A DNA stretch of 63,466 bases, the filler included, from Perkinsus chesapeaki ATCC PRA-425 (Eukaryota > Protista > Perkinsozoa): assembly GCA_013115145.1 (NCBI GenBank). It is 7 parts of 7 records of this genome, joined end to end, with 100 filler letters (N's around TTAATTAATTAA, not from the genome) between each part and the next. Parts side by side here need not be neighbours in the genome. Positions count along the whole stretch, not along the records: positions 35,162 to 36,888 come from JAAPAO010001809.1; positions 36,989 to 50,455 come from JAAPAO010000784.1; 5 more parts are not named here. One strand, 5' to 3'. Shown here piece by piece: positions 35,320 through 47,931 of the stretch; positions within the stretch are counted from its first letter, which is position 1, and each line of letters starts with the position of its first letter. The notes beneath the pieces are model-generated. The model saw nothing but the letters and a program-made list of their open reading frames with translations. It did not search any database and had not been told where the DNA came from. The position numbers were made by a program, and so were the translations under genes.

Positions 35320-36878
35320 GTTTGGATATCTGGTGTGGAGTATATAATACCAACACATGCACCACAAACACTATACAATTACACGCCATGCTCTCGTTCA
35401 TCCAGTCGCTTGTCTTAGACTTTTTCGTCCGAAGGCTCTCTTTTTCATGTATAGTTTTTGTCTAACTCTCCTTGCCTGGCTTCCTCGCATCCTTCACCGC
35501 TTCAAAGATGATGGTGATATGACGGCGCTAGTATACTTGTAGCTCTCCCGCAAAGGGTTTGGCTTCTACTGTAGCCCACTACATTTCAGACTTTCACTCG
35601 ATGAACCGTTCCAGGCCCCATTTTTCCGGAAACAATAGTGTTGCGTCATCGCGAGTCTACTTCAGGCCTAAGATAGGAACCGCTAAGAAGTCGATGCCAG
35701 ATTCGAGTCTCACCGCGTCGGCTTCTTAGCGGTGCTGTTGTTAAACAACAGTTGATTTATATCCTAATTCGCCTTACGTGGCCCTCTGGGGAGATTTACT
35801 GTGGAATTACTTTCTATAGAACAACACCCTACCACATGGTCTCTCATCTGCCTAAACCGTTTAGGCTAAACGTATGCTTTAATGTCAATTGAGGAAGGTT
35901 CATCAGCAGAGTTGCTTGCCCATCTTGGTACATATGAAGCATTAAATATATCAGATAAGAAGCCTCGAAGGAATATTTATAACAAACATTATTTAATAAA
36001 GAATATCATTCATGGTGTAATCCTATCGGTTATCCTTCTCGCTTTATTCTTTATTTGTTCACTTATTACAGGAGTCGAGTTGCAGCAAATGATGTAAAGG
36101 TCTCAGTCGAAAGTATTGATACTTTTTACCCGATGGAGTGTGTTTTTTAACATAAATTATGACCCTTCATGATACCTTCGCAGTGAAATAGTCTTCAACA
36201 ACTTAACGCGATGGGTTGTCCATCTCATTTAAAAAAGTGAAATACGATCATGGGCAAGTTGCCCAGGGCAACTATAGGGATGAACTTGTTCAACCTTATC
36301 CGGCAACAAACCATCTATACGCTTCCAGCTTAGAGTCGTGCATAGCCTGATGCCATACGAGTATGTAAGTGTTAACAACATAATCAATTCATCACTGTAT
36401 ACAAGAATACCTCAACCAATTCCACTCTAGCGTTTCTAACTACTATCAACATTATACGCCCCCCTCCTGGAGGCCACGGAAAGCTAGTTGAGATAAGAAA
36501 CATCAGAACTTCTGACTCATGTCTTCTGACCTACGATGATGCAACATTATTGTTTCCGGAAAAGCGGGGCCTGGAATGTTGAATCACGTAAAAATATGAA
36601 ATGTAGTAGGGTACCGTACAAGCCAAACATTTGCAGGGGAGCTACAGGTCTAGCATCATCGTCATATCAGCATCATCTTCCAAATGAAGAAGGATGCTAC
36701 GAACTTCGTAGTACGAAGTCAGGCAAGAAGAGTTGGACAAAAACTATACATTAAAAAGGGAGCCTCTAGGCGAAAAAGTCTAAGACAGGCGACTCGATGA
36801 ACGAGAGCATGGCGTGTAATTGTATAGTGTTTGTGGTACATGTGTTGGCATATCATACTCCACACCAGATATCCAAAC
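35320..36878. repeat. Long diverged inverted repeat: arms 35320-35651 and 36534-36878 around an ~880-bp core
   Basis: Arm 1 (gtttggatatctggtgtggagta...ttccggaaacaatagtgttgcgtcatcg) aligns to the reverse complement of arm 2 along its full length, with near-identity at the outer end. Confidence 0.9.
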
Positions 36879-38354
36879 TGTGTTAACCNNNNNNNNNNNN
36901 NNNNNNNNNNNNNNNNNNNNNNNNNNNNNNNNTTAATTAATTAANNNNNNNNNNNNNNNNNNNNNNNNNNNNNNNNNNNNNNNNNNNNTCATGATTTTGA
37001 CCGGCCAATCCTTGATCACCCGGGTCACACGTGTCCCGAGTACTCTCCGATTGACCTCGCATAAAACTGAGGATACTGACGCAGCCGGCAGTGTTTGGGT
37101 AAATCCTTAGCTGTTTGAGGAAATCTGCAATGTTCCAAACAGTTATCAATTCTGGAGAATGCGCCCGCACATTCCCCTACCTCCGGGCCGGGGTCTCCCG
37201 AGGGCTATCCTCACCACTCGCTGCTGTGTGCACCAAGTCTCCGACACTGGTCGCGGAAGTGACAGGGGAGGCTACCTCTGACAGTACTGCAGGTTCGCAG
37301 CTTCCGGAGCTCTGAGAATGATAACTGCTCTACTACGGCCGACTAATGCATAGTGGCCCGATTGGCTTGTAAACGGGAGCAGAAAAACAGCATAATAGAT
37401 AATTTTCGATATGCTATCAGTAATAACACAATTTACTAAAAACTATATTCCCTACTCCAGCAGCTTGACGACAACTTCTCAGTGCCACATTCTGAGCTAA
37501 AATGAGGCCCTCACCTTGCAGCAAGGGGAGGACAACACTTCTTTGCTGCAACCATCGTCTTCCATCACATCAATGCTAACCTCCTCACAAGGATTCGACT
37601 GCATCGACTCCGTCCGTGGTGACTGATGACCTGGATATTACGTATGCCCTGTATTGGGGCAGTTGAAAATTGAGTATTCCTAGTCGTTACTACGTAACAA
37701 AACTAGGCATATATCAAAATCTACTAATCGATCAACCGTTTCACGTTGTCAATGATATTGATGTGACCATATCCTATTCCGCTGTGTTATTCATCAAAGC
37801 TCTCACCGGGCGATTGCCCTCCGATAATGTACAGCAAGTAGCACACCAACCGGAGAGCTATGGACCGTACCATATACAGCAAGGAATGAAGCCTAGGGTA
37901 TCGCAGCAGTACCTATTCCAGCGCGCCAGGAAATTAACCACGGCTGGCGCGGACTCACTTCTGCAGAACGGTGCTGAATTGCAGTTGCTAACTTGAGTAA
38001 GTAGGTAATAGCATCAATCAGCAGAGCCTTCGTCTGTTCACGGTCCTTCTGTCGTAGCAGCAGAAGCTGCCAAGGATACATTCAAATCTCACCGATAGTC
38101 AACTGAAGATAGCGGGATATGATGCATCACATCGCTTGTAAAGATGCCCGATGCTATAGTATCCTTGCAACTCAAAATTTCCTATATTCTGGTACGATTG
38201 TTAAAATGTTGTTTTTATGCCGCCACTTCCTCATTACATTCATTCCCCCTCTAATTGATCAATTAACTAAATCACCATCCCACTTTCTACAATAGCAACA
38301 GTAATAGTGTGCGTGATAAAGGACACTCGATAAAACCACAACAATAGCATTTCG

Positions 38355-40549
38355 TCAGCTCTTCCGCCACGGAGGCGTATCCTCCGCCGAGTTTTTCTTC
38401 TCCAAGTTGCTCTTGTGAAGCTTCGATAGCTTCTCATGTCGCAAGAGCAGCTCGTAGGAGTTAAACCGACGCTGGCAAAGAAGGCAAACCTGATGGGGAT
38501 GCATGCGGGCTTCATACTAGTTAACTTGCAGCATTATAACTAACGGAACACTAACTACGATAACTTTACTACTTAGCATTTGAAAACTATTATTCTAATT
38601 ATTATGAAATCATACTGCTGCTGCCGACAACCGATCCGGTGCAAAGCGACAAGGCAAATAGACGCCTATGAACGTGAAACAGATTTCGTATATTATCTAC
38701 CATTAGATCACGGAACAGCTCAACATTGGCACTTACTGCCTCCCCACTGGGGCTTTCCAACCCCGTCGTTTTGCTAGTAGGCACCTTTCTCGTGGGCTTA
38801 GCCAATATAACAGGCTCACTCATCAGCGGTGCCGGCGCAGTCTCCATTGCAATGGCATCAACATCTCGTCGAGATTTATGCTCTTGGCTGCTCCTCGGTA
38901 TTGAAGTTGTCCCAAACTGGTTGGGATTGAAGTGTATAGATGCCAGCTTGGTAGAGCCCAACTTGCTACGCTCCGCCTCGGTTGTTCGCTCACTTTTGCG
39001 GCCCTTATTTGCCTGTAACAAAAACACATAACGGTTCGAAATTCATACCAGAACACCGCATGGGAGATTACAGCCCGACATATATATTCCACGTGATAAT
39101 TATTAATTCATTTGCTCACCAGCAAGGCTGACAGACTCTGTCACCAACTGTCACTCGCAGTCGGTTATTGGTCTGACTTGCCGAGGGAAAGCGCGGGAAT
39201 TCTCTCACGGAGTCTTCAGTATATATCCAACAATTTAAAGCAGATACGTCCACGTTCAGAAAAAGGACAAAAATTCCCCAAGTTTCCGTGAAGCATTGTA
39301 TCTTCCTCAGGCCAACATACACCTATGGGCGGACTGCCCACTGCGATTGCATGCATACACTGCCCAGGGACACTCGCATTGCAGCTCATGTTTCCGCATA
39401 TTTCCCCCTATAGATTTCATATTAACAATTGTGGATATACAAATCCCCTACTCCTGCCAACATCGACCCCTTACAGTAGCTTTAGGCTCTTCCTTCGACA
39501 CTTCTCTGCCACTGCCCGCATCCTAACACCCCAACACTGGTCCTAACCAAGCCTAACAAACCCACCTTTCGGTCAGACTGCCTCCCATCTGTCTCTCCCT
39601 CCGCCGCAGTCGGACCTTCTCGAGCTTCATTATGTACGTGGGAGGATCTGGAGTTCCCCTTTGACTGTTTCCGAGACAAACGATCGATCTGGAAACGATA
39701 TTTGAGATAAGAGACAAGCCATAACATCAACATTATAATATTTCCAATATCAACGCTGAGTTGCTGTTGCTGCATCAGCGCCTTACAAACCACGGTCCAC
39801 CTTACCTGCTCCTTTGCCCTACTCCTCTGCTCATCCGTCAATTCAGGCTGCCCCGGTAAGGACCTTATTGGTCCATCATCAGCATAACCAACCAATACAT
39901 TCAAAGGCTCATAATAAGTATAATAGATACCATCACGGTGATACCTAAGCACGTAGACACATAGCCTTATCCAAGCGCCAACACCGTTGCAGATACTCAA
40001 CTCACTCGCGAACATCCATCACGTGCATATCTTAGATTATAAGATTGCGCCTAAGACTTATACGCTATGTGTAAGACAGGCGTCTATGTCTAGATCTTCG
40101 CGATACGGAATTTTATATTATGACTTGGAATATAAAGTTCCGAATGGTCCCCGAGTTTCTTTCCCTTCTGCTCTTCACAAAACCCACAAACACTAATGGC
40201 CTCGCTACATATTTTCCCAAGGACTTCGCCGCCCCTCTAGAATGCCCCCAGCTATGCTAGGCTCATTCCTTCCAATAATTGCCATTATTCAGTATTTCAC
40301 CAGGAAAACTGCAGCGCTTGTTTCTTACCAAAACCCCGTCCTCGGGTTGTATGCCCAATTTTTCTTATCGTCATAATAGTGCTCCGCAACATCATCATAC
40401 ACCATACATCGACAATATGCCAGCCGGTCACCTAGCATCCCATCGAAACTCATATTTAGCAAGAAATGATGACCTTCTTTCGGCTTGGCAGATGACCGCA
40501 CCTGGCTGCTCCCCCCTTCAGTAGAGTCTCCAAGATAGGACTGCCACAT
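38355..40549 (-). CDS. OCRE-domain + C2H2 zinc-finger protein (RBM5/RBM10-like modules), multi-exon
   Basis: Aromatic octamer repeats VYDDVAEHYYDDKKNWAYNPRTGFW and YHRDGIYYTYY. Last exon VCLLCQRRFNSYELLLRHEKLSKLHKSNLEK matches the RBM5/10 zinc-finger pattern. Confidence 0.7.
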
Positions 40550-40754
40550 ACCCGAGTTGATGCCCTAAAAGTGACTCCCTACACTCAAGTACAAGGAGAC
40601 CGGCTAAAATATTCACAGCAGTCCGAGGTAAACTGAAACTGTAAATTCTGAAGTTAATCCTACACCCAATGAGCCTTTGAGTAGAGTCGGACCCTCTATT
40701 CGAGACTCAGACTCTAGGAATTGGACTGGAAATCGAAAACCCTTACAGTTCGCC

Positions 40755-40797
40755 TCATCTAGAACGCGCGCTTCTTGACAATCGACTTATATCTTAA
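40755..40797. repeat. 43-bp dispersed repeat, copy 1
   Basis: tcatctagaacgcgcgcttcttgacaatcgacttatatcttaa; 41/43 identical to 60764-60806. Confidence 0.9.
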
Positions 40798-41284
40798 GTA
40801 TAACGAGTCTTCACTTAGTTCCTTCGATATCTACTTTAGAAATGTCTCATCATCATGGGATCCAAGTCGCCGAATCCGAACACCCAAAATACTGTTCATG
40901 TGCATTTTGTGCCTTCTTGAGCTTGAAAAGGTTGTTTGCATAAGTTCGTCATGGCGTTGGGTCTATCGGAGATTATTTTAACATTTGGCTGATATGGGTT
41001 ATTAAATAAGATGATCATTTCCTCTGTTAAGTGTGCCTTAGTGACAGTGTTGGGTTGTGTTGAGGTTCCTATGCCAGTGCACCACAAGCTGTTTGGAGGG
41101 TATGTGTGGCTCTGACATTAGAAGCCCCCGGAAGGAATTCACATTTTTCTGTTTAATTCAGGAACATACATTCTACCCGTTCCTGTTCTATCTGCGCCTT
41201 AGTACAGCTTTTTCCTCAAGGTCAAAGGAGAACCACGTTTCTGTGAGGCGGCCAGATGGCTCCCCGATCATGACTATCTAGTAG

Positions 41285-44042
41285 TCACGTTCTACACACA
41301 ATCCTTCTGACTATCCTACCGCCTATCACCACGCCAACCGGCCTCACCTCCATAGCATGGCTTCTCGTCCGTCGTCTTGTCTCCTCGGTATTATATTCGT
41401 TAACTGCTGCCCACAGCATACTGCCTCGCTGAAACCTTCCAGATTTGAAGTATAACCAGCTTCGCTCCGCCCCAACTCGCAGCTCACTTTTCAATTTGAA
41501 ATGCTAGCTCTCGCGCCCTCGGAGCATGCTGGGCTGCTGGGACCAATACAGCCGAAACCTGAACCAATCTCAACTATCAACAATGTAAATGCACAAAGGA
41601 AGCAGGAGAAGATTCTTCCCAACGACCTTCTCACAAGAAGTTCCTTGGGAAGGCGAGTTGGGCAACTATGACTATTGCGGAGCGTATAAACGTGCGTGCG
41701 TGCGAACTGCAACTCACCCAGCAGCTCGATGATCTAGAGGGGCTATGATCACATGCTATGCACCAATCGATAGCTCCCACTCTGGGGATACTAGGAAAAA
41801 ATACGAAAAGTGGCTTCTCATTGTATCTCGAAGGTTTGCGGGCCAAAAAATATTTTTCCACTGAAAAATGACGGGCCTGGGGATCGAACTTGCGACCGTC
41901 CAATAAAATTCACTGATGATTCGCCAAGCTCAGTCTCTCCTCCGAGAAGGCCTACTTATAAAGCCTTCATAATAAATCAGACAATAATCCCTTAACAATA
42001 AAGAGCTTATTGGCAGTCCTCAAAGTGAACAATGGAGTTTTACCCATAATAGACATATCCTTTAGACACAACCACCAACGCTTCCTACGCTCATTCCAAA
42101 ACACCCAAGCGTCACAGTAAACATCTAATGCTCCTCCTACTACCTGCGCATTGTCCCCTTGTCTAATCCTCGAGCCCGCCTCTTGGAACTTCTTAACGGC
42201 ATCAACACACTGCTTCTCATCACAAAAGTACACAAAGGCAACACCTTTGCCTGGAAATACGTCTACATTCTTCTGAAGGAGAACCGAATGATGATAAATA
42301 ACCTACGCCAGCATCTCGTGCTGGGATGTATTTCAGTAACTGAACTTCAGTTTCCCTCACTCGATGGGCTATCCAATCTCCGTTATAGAAAGTACATTAT
42401 TTGGATTTGACTACGCCAAAATGGACCAGGATTTCGTAACATTTCGTCGAATCCTCTTTTGTATAGTTGCATATGCAGATAAGGCTGGGAGCATACATAA
42501 GTAAGGCTTGACGCAGAACCCCGAAGAGGCACAGTACGGATGGAACTCAGAAATGAAGCCACAAAGGTCTTCTGGCCATTTAACGAAGCCGGTATCCAAA
42601 CTAATTAAGAGTACTTTTATTTAATTAGTCTTCATAACAAAGCTGCCAGCTATCCTTCAGTAACGTAGCTCTCACTATCCCAAACACTCACCGGCATCTC
42701 TCCAAGATCTCTGAATCGTGTACGTATCTCGCCCTCCTCCGTGCCTGAATGACAACAGGCGTCATTTCTTCAACCCTGCCGCCGCCGTTGAGAGGGCCGC
42801 TGTCTAGCTCTCCCTAGGCCTGGCCACGACCTGCTGCCACATGCTTCAGAATAATATAATGCTGATGGCTCTGCTCTTCATGCGACAATCTGCCATCTTG
42901 CTCAATCACTCCCGAACTTGGCCGCCGTCCCGCTCGACCCTCTCCCCCGGGATTCCTGATCAACAAAATAATCAACTTCAAGTGGGACAATGCACCTTCT
43001 GAAGCTTCGACGCTGTCCGTCATCTGCTCGAGGATTTGGGCGAAGAATCACCGGCGATAGCTCTCCTCGATCGCTAATAAAGATACAAATCAGCAAGACT
43101 ATTTTTCCGATAGAAAATCCGGGAAACAAATTGTTGCTCGACTCTGCCTTTTGCCACTCCGCCGCCCTCTTCATCAGATACATCGAAAAATTGTCGAAGA
43201 GGAAATTCAGAAAGAATTTTCCACGGAAAAATGTAGCGTTACAACCTGGCAGGCAAAGCGACAGATCGCTCTGCCTCCAAAAAGCGGTGGGTATGATCAG
43301 GTTACCCTGTGTGAAAACTGGGAAATTTCCCGGAACATCAGCGACAAAATGTGAGAACTTGCCAAGTTCAACTTGGCATTCTTCCAAGACTGAAGAAACA
43401 TGCTGTCCTCCTCTTCAGTCGCTTACTCGATACTTTCACTCTTCCTCTTGGCCGGGCGCAGAATAGCCAACCCACTTGTCGGCTTGGATCTCCCGCTATT
43501 GTTGTACCTACACTGTGAAACTGATCGAGAAGGTGCAACAAGTGCACATGCAACGAGCTCGACGATATGATGAAAACCTTGTTAAAAAGTTCATTGTTCA
43601 TCCGACATTCACAAAACTTACTACACAAAAAAGTGTCCATTTCGCAATTTCTGTCCGAAAAAATCCTCATAAAACTGATATTTTTCTCCCACTTAGAATC
43701 GTCCCTCCGACTGCTTTCCCCTTCCGGTCTCCTCGTAAGCCTCGCCACCGGTCTCTCCCTCGATCTTGACCTCGACCTGCTGCTGAGCCATCCCAAACCA
43801 TATATCGCACACTTGCCAACCTGCGACATAAGTCCTCCTCCCGAGCATCATACCAACTTCTTGGTTCTCGACAATCCGCTCCTCGCAGGTCTCGACCTTC
43901 GCTGCGACCGCTTCGATACCTTAACCGTCAGCGTGTAGTTTCTATGCCCCACGGCCTTACACGTCATAGTAGCTAAATACCCCCTTGTCAGTTTTCCGCT
44001 CTCCTTGGTCGCTCTGTCTCCGAGAGCTCCTACTCGTATCAT
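41285..44042 (-). CDS. One or more hypothetical multi-exon genes (RNP1-like KGVAFVYF at ~42230-42260); structure unresolved
   Basis: Series of minus-strand open blocks (41967-42270, 42902-43387, 43690-44042) with plausible splice sites. No confident family assignment. Confidence 0.3.
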
Positions 44043-45139
44043 CCAGCCGCCTACTCATTATTATTAAACAAGTTACTAAATGTATTGACTATATAAAAAC
44101 CCCTTATAACCGAGGTAACCTTGCCGGCCCGACAGGGTGACCTAAGATCGACAGAGATCTCCTTGCCCTAAGGTTCCCGCGCTCAAACGACACTTGTTCG
44201 GAAGTCCGAGATCCGCCCATATACATCGATCGAAAATGCAGGTGGCGACGTCCGAATACTCCACAAGGAAACATTGAACTGCGCTAAACCAGTGCAGCGG
44301 TGGCCTGGTGAGCGCTTCGCTCAATGATGACGACAGGCACACATGTGGGCCTAATATTCATAAGCCCGCCGATCTCATATATAAAACCCGGAAACACGGT
44401 GAATTCTAATTTTCCGCCTCCATAAAAACTCATCGAGTCAAACCCAAATATATATTAAGTCACAACTTAACTCGAAGCTCTATCACTCAGTGAACCGCCC
44501 TCACCGCTACTCACTAGGGCTGATGGGCTTTGATAAATGGATAGAGGCAAGGACGCCACCGCCCGATCAATGCCTACTCGTCTACCCACACAGTCACGTC
44601 GTACTCCTTGTCGGGGTTCTCAATGTCATCCTTGGACTGGATGAGACGGAGCTCGGTCGGATTGCCAGGGATACCAACACTGAAAATGACATGAATACCA
44701 CCTAGACTAACTCAACGACGACGTTGAAGTAGCAATCAGCGGTATAATTTGGTAACGCTGAGATGACAAAAGAAGAATCAAGCCATCCTGTAGAGGAAAT
44801 TACAATCCACAGTCAGCAGGAAGACGGTAAGACTTATTTTGCTGCTTCTAATATATAACCAGTAACCATGAAGGTGATGCATAATGTAATAAGCTGTAGT
44901 AATGTCGAGGTTTTAATAGAGCTGACGCCTAGGCGATTCCGATCATTCCCAATCCGCGGGCCGCATCCTCATATCAGATTTAAGTACCAACACTTAGCCT
45001 TTTTTGGTTACCCAATGCTCACCTAAAATACGTCTCTCTATACTACATGCTGAATACAGTGAAAAAGACAGTTCAGTTAAGGCAGCAGCGGCAGCTACAA
45101 CGGCAGCATAAAATGACTATATAATCCATACCACTCCTC

Positions 45140-47225
45140 CCTAAACTCTCCTTACTTTCTATCATGATACTCTCTTGTCCGGTTAATAACTCTTTGCAAC
45201 ACACATCCCGTCTTGCTCATCGCCGCCTTCACGCCGTACTGGGTGTAAAACCTACCACCAATTGCCCCGGAACTCGACACCATCATCATTCCTACGCCAT
45301 TAGCAATGCCGTAGTGAGGTCCCCCGTGCCCGTATAGTTGCCCTCTATAAATGGCAGTTCCATGCGATACCGTGTCCTTCTGCCGCTTTCTGTATCAACC
45401 TCAGACGCCAACATAACCACCTTGGAAGAAACCTGAGCAAGTAGCATCCCAACTAATCCATTATCCCTTATATACAACAGCGAGTGATATTAAATAATGG
45501 TAATCTTACCGTAGCTAGTATTCGATCCATAAGTTTCAGTATATTCTACACCCTCTCACATGGTTCTAGCAAAGTTAAATACCCCGTGGAAGAATACCTT
45601 CCCTTCCACTACTTGTTCCGGTAGGTTAGTGCTAGTAACAAACACCAGTCCCGGCCCCATTCGATGCAGCTCATCTACTGCTGTAAACAACTCAGAAGCA
45701 TCTGATAAGCATAAGCTTCATTCCACTTCATGCCCCTCAACCACTCCACTTGGCGCACCCTTTATTTCCGCCCTGCCTGTCAACTTTTCCACCTCAAATT
45801 GATTCGGTGTGATTATAGATGCTAATGGAAGTATCCTCGCCCGATATTCTGGTATTAGACTCTCAGGTACATACCTAACAAAAGGGACAATATTCTTATA
45901 TAAAACCATATTTTCATACTACAGTGGTTAGCGATGTATAAAGTAACAAGAGAGCACACATGGAGACTCAAGCTGAATGAAGACCACATAGAATGTAGCC
46001 CGTAACGAGAACAGTACAATATACCTTCATTCCTACCACCAGAATCCCAGCAGTTTCCAGCGAACCGGTTACCCAGTGCGAGCCAAATCCTCGTCGTTCA
46101 ATCCTTCACGGAAAAGCCTAGAAACCTCCCCGAGTCACTACATTCCCTGATCATAATCTCCCAAAACTGGATCACATACATAAAGCAAGGACGGGCCACA
46201 TTTCGAGGCAACTCGCTGAACAACGCTCTCCACTTCTGCTAAGAACGAGGCCGAACCTATATACCTGATAATAACGAGTTAATCACACCAAAACACCAAA
46301 AATGATCATTCGGCATTCGCTTCGGATGGATGATGACAGGCATGTCCGCTCAAACCTTCAATTTAGAGAAATCCAGCTAGTCTGTAAATTTCGCATACAC
46401 TACACACAGTGAAAGTAGGGCACTGTACTCAGGACACCTAACAGTACACCAAAGAGACTTAATAATCGAATAACACAGCAGCCCACATTGACAGCGCATC
46501 AATCGCTAACCCCGACCCTAATATGCACAATATACAGGGACTACAAAGACTTTCAATTTACCCTCAAGGTAATAGAATTCATGCAAGGAACGCAAAAACA
46601 GCATAAAAACATAGTGCGTCAAGACAGAGTTTACTTCTGCCCGATCCGGAAGCCCCACGATATTCCCTCACTACCCCGTCACCATATGCGTGTACTGCGA
46701 TAGGAGCGAATTCTCCTCCAAGCCATCTATAAGGCATTTCAAATCTGCACCATCCAGTACTTGACCTTTAAAGGTACGATAACCAGTATGATTAGACAAC
46801 TGAGAGGATGAACGTTACAACTGAGTATACTGATATCATTTTTATCCCTCCACTTCCTCATTACATTTATATATTATTTTTATGCCTCCACTTCCTCATT
46901 ACATTTATATATTATTTTTATGCCTCCACTTCCTCATTACATTTATATACTATTTTTATGCCACTTCCTCATTACATTTATATATTATTTCTATGCCTCC
47001 ACTCCCTCATTACATTTATATATTATTTTTATGCCACTTCCTCATTACAATTCCTCCCCTCATATCCCCTATTACCTGTACTGAGTTCACAAAATCGACT
47101 TCAAATCCCAAAAGCTGTAATGGGAACACACACGCTCTGTTTCCAACATAACCATGGACGACATGCGACTGTATGGCCAACACATGGCCAGGGTCCTCAG
47201 TCGCTGAACAGGATGAGGACGACAT
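45140..47225 (-). CDS. pdxK: Pyridoxal kinase (PdxK/PdxY family), multi-exon; 3' end uncertain
   Basis: [49 protein letters not shown]...[21 protein letters not shown], and anion-hole motif TGTGDL. Confidence 0.93.
46840..47049. repeat. 38-bp minisatellite (about 5.5 copies) in pdxK intron 1
   Basis: Unit cctccacttcctcattacatttatatattatttttatg, with two 35-bp variants. Confidence 0.97.
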
Positions 47226-47931
47226 CGGAGATATAACTACTGACACAACGCCGCCAAGCTCCTTACCCACTTCGAGCTTCCTATTCTGGCACCCCCCACA
47301 GACCCCATGTTAAAATGCCTAGAACACAAGACAAATCTTCAGTGCAACATACGCCGCAAAGGGCGTCCCCGAATGATATAATAACAGATAGACAACAGGC
47401 TAAACAAACCGTAAAAACCCCTAGTCAAGCCAAGGGAGCTCTCCCCCTCCAAACTGCCATTGCAGCCCCCATGGCTTCTCCTTCTGCATTTCTATACGAG
47501 ACTCCTCGGTGTCGAACTCTGGGCGTCGACAGTCCATGAGGAGGTAATTGAATTTAGGGTCTCTTTTAACGGGTTCTGGCACGTCTACATCTGAAAAGAC
47601 GTAATCATTTTACTCAGTGGATACACGCAAATATTCCTTCTCGTTCGAGTCGCTGTAACAATATAAAAAATACAGCAAGCCTCAGTCTTGCGATATGTGC
47701 GATCAATGGACATTAATATCAAACGCCCTAGGACCAAGGAACGGATAGCGGGAAAACTGATATTATACAGTCATATCAAAGAAGCCATATAGAGTGTGGT
47801 TTAGCACTATCGAGTACATCTACAATATTCCTGCCTTGCAAAGCCAATAAACCAATCAACTATCAACATTAAACAGCAGCCTAACCCTTATATACAATCG
47901 ACATTTCTCTTGGTAAAGCTCTGCCCATAGA

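Noticed and set aside
43368-43829. SR-type splicing factor from the RSRSRSRE tract
   Set aside because: All three minus frames are open across this purine-rich stretch, so the RS reading cannot be singled out. No adjacent RRM was confirmed.
46840-47049. CRISPR-like array (also considered for 50556-50660)
   Set aside because: The units are contiguous with no unique spacers, there are no cas genes, and the context is eukaryotic.
46808-47236. 142-aa hydrophobic plus-strand ORF
   Set aside because: It is a by-product of the 38-bp minisatellite and is antisense to pdxK exon 1.
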